Position numbers and translations under genes: made by a program. The notes beneath the pieces were generated by a model, which saw nothing but the letters and a program-made list of their open reading frames with translations, had not been told where the DNA came from and did not search any database. Shown here piece by piece: positions 62,810 to 64,000 of a stretch of 64,000 nucleotides of DNA. Source of the stretch: Psammoneis japonica (Eukaryota); assembly GCA_008632985.1 (NCBI GenBank), contig QPGO01000084.1, positions 1-64,000 of the forward strand, read 5' to 3'. The stretch's first letter is position 1; each line of letters starts with the position of its first letter.

Positions 62810-64000
62810 ATTGTCCACGAGCAAACACCGTGTTGTCATTTTTGGGCCGCACATCTTGGTGCTGCTTCTGCTCAAAATGGCTCGGAGGGAAAAGCATCCA
62901 CGACCCACGTCAAAACTGACGTGCAATTTGTCACTGTGCAGTGCAGCACCAGCACCTTGTTTTCGAAAGCCGATTCCTTTGAACAAGCACAGGAGCCAAG
63001 GCCATTCGTGCCCCACTTGCTGTGCTGGTGCCGAGAACTGTCTGCTTTAATGTTGTTGGGCAGTTGTCATTTACATTGCTGACACAATGAATCACTTTGC
63101 CGACGAAGATCAACAGACTCAACATGTCGTGAGTGACATCATGGGCAAGACGAGATGGGAAAAGACTGACCAAGACTTCTGCAACAAGTTGAAGAATGGA
63201 GCAAACGAGCTGACATCCTTTCCGAACACGATTTGCACCCATTCTTTATAAATCAGGTTTTCGGCAAGCCAAGGAGGTTGTCATCAAAACCGATCGCAAC
63301 TGCGTTTTCTGGTTCCATCCTTTTTCGACGATGCTGTGATTTCTCACGATGAAGCCACATCCATCAAAGTTGTCCGAAAAAAGTCCCAGTCCAGCATGCC
63401 ACCATTGGCTGTGAATGGACAAGATTGCAGGAGTGGCAGAAGTGGGAGGCTGACATTGTTGCCAAGTGGAACGACTGCAAAGGGGAACACAACGCAGTGC
63501 TGACGGAGCAATCCGACTGGCAAGCCATGGAAGTGAGAGCTCATGCAAAGGGAGCTGCCACTGTCAAGACTCGCTCTGAGGCTGACACATGCAATCAGGA
63601 GCTGCTCACCATGGCAACCTTGCCTGATGAGGAGAAGTCGTGCACTGCCAAGTCAAAGGAGGAACTCCAAGCAGTTGTTGGAGCCTCAAGTGCTGCTGAG
63701 CTCAAAGATGTGAGAGTGCTCGACATCTCACCAGTTGCACGCATGATTTCAAGAACAATGGCATTGGTGCAAACCTTGACATTTGTGGTGACACCCACGC
63801 ATTTTACCTTGGTGAAAACAAAGGACGGAAAGCTCAATTTGCTCCATGTTCTGGAGGCATTCGGCTTCAATGTCACTTTGGAGGCAGCGGAGTCAGAGCT
63901 CTTTGGCACAGACGGACAAGGTCAAGAAGCTGCTCTGTCTCTCTGCTCTCTCTGGCTGGAGGGCCTGCTGCACTCAATGAGGTTGTGACTGCCAACGTTT
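62810..64000. other. TpA-depleted domain V (continues beyond the window), with a decayed + strand ORF
   Basis: TA survives only at tttaat, tttaca and tttataaa/ttttac, while CpG is retained near the edge. Tyr-free protein-like ORF at 63425-63988. Confidence 0.85.

Overview
This is eukaryotic DNA, almost certainly from a pennate diatom: it has GT-AG introns, a delta-class carbonic anhydrase and diatom-type LRR and glycosyltransferase families. Ordinary gene islands hold a sulfotransferase-like protein, a PP2C, an intron-containing repeat protein, a four-domain GT8/sulfotransferase/PLOD-like/GT90 fusion, delta-CA and several frameshifted pseudogenes. These alternate with five sharply bounded domains (~1-10.4, 14.0-16.8, 31.5-46.3, 54.3-58.0 and 62.8-64 kb) in which the dinucleotide TpA is almost absent and TpG/CpA is abundant. 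The domains contain transposon relics (Crypton, two CRE-like non-LTR retroelements, a hAT MITE, a possible Helitron) and decayed genes (XPG nuclease, protein kinase). In their conserved motifs Tyr reads Cys/His, Leu(CTA) reads Pro, Ile(ATA) reads Thr and Val(GTA) reads Ala. This is the signature of A-to-G transitions at TpA on both strands. It is separable from CpG decay and runs opposite to fungal RIP. The main candidate discovery is therefore a transposon-domain-targeted TpA hypermutation (genome-defence) process. All counts are by eye and family assignments come from recalled motifs; no searches were run.
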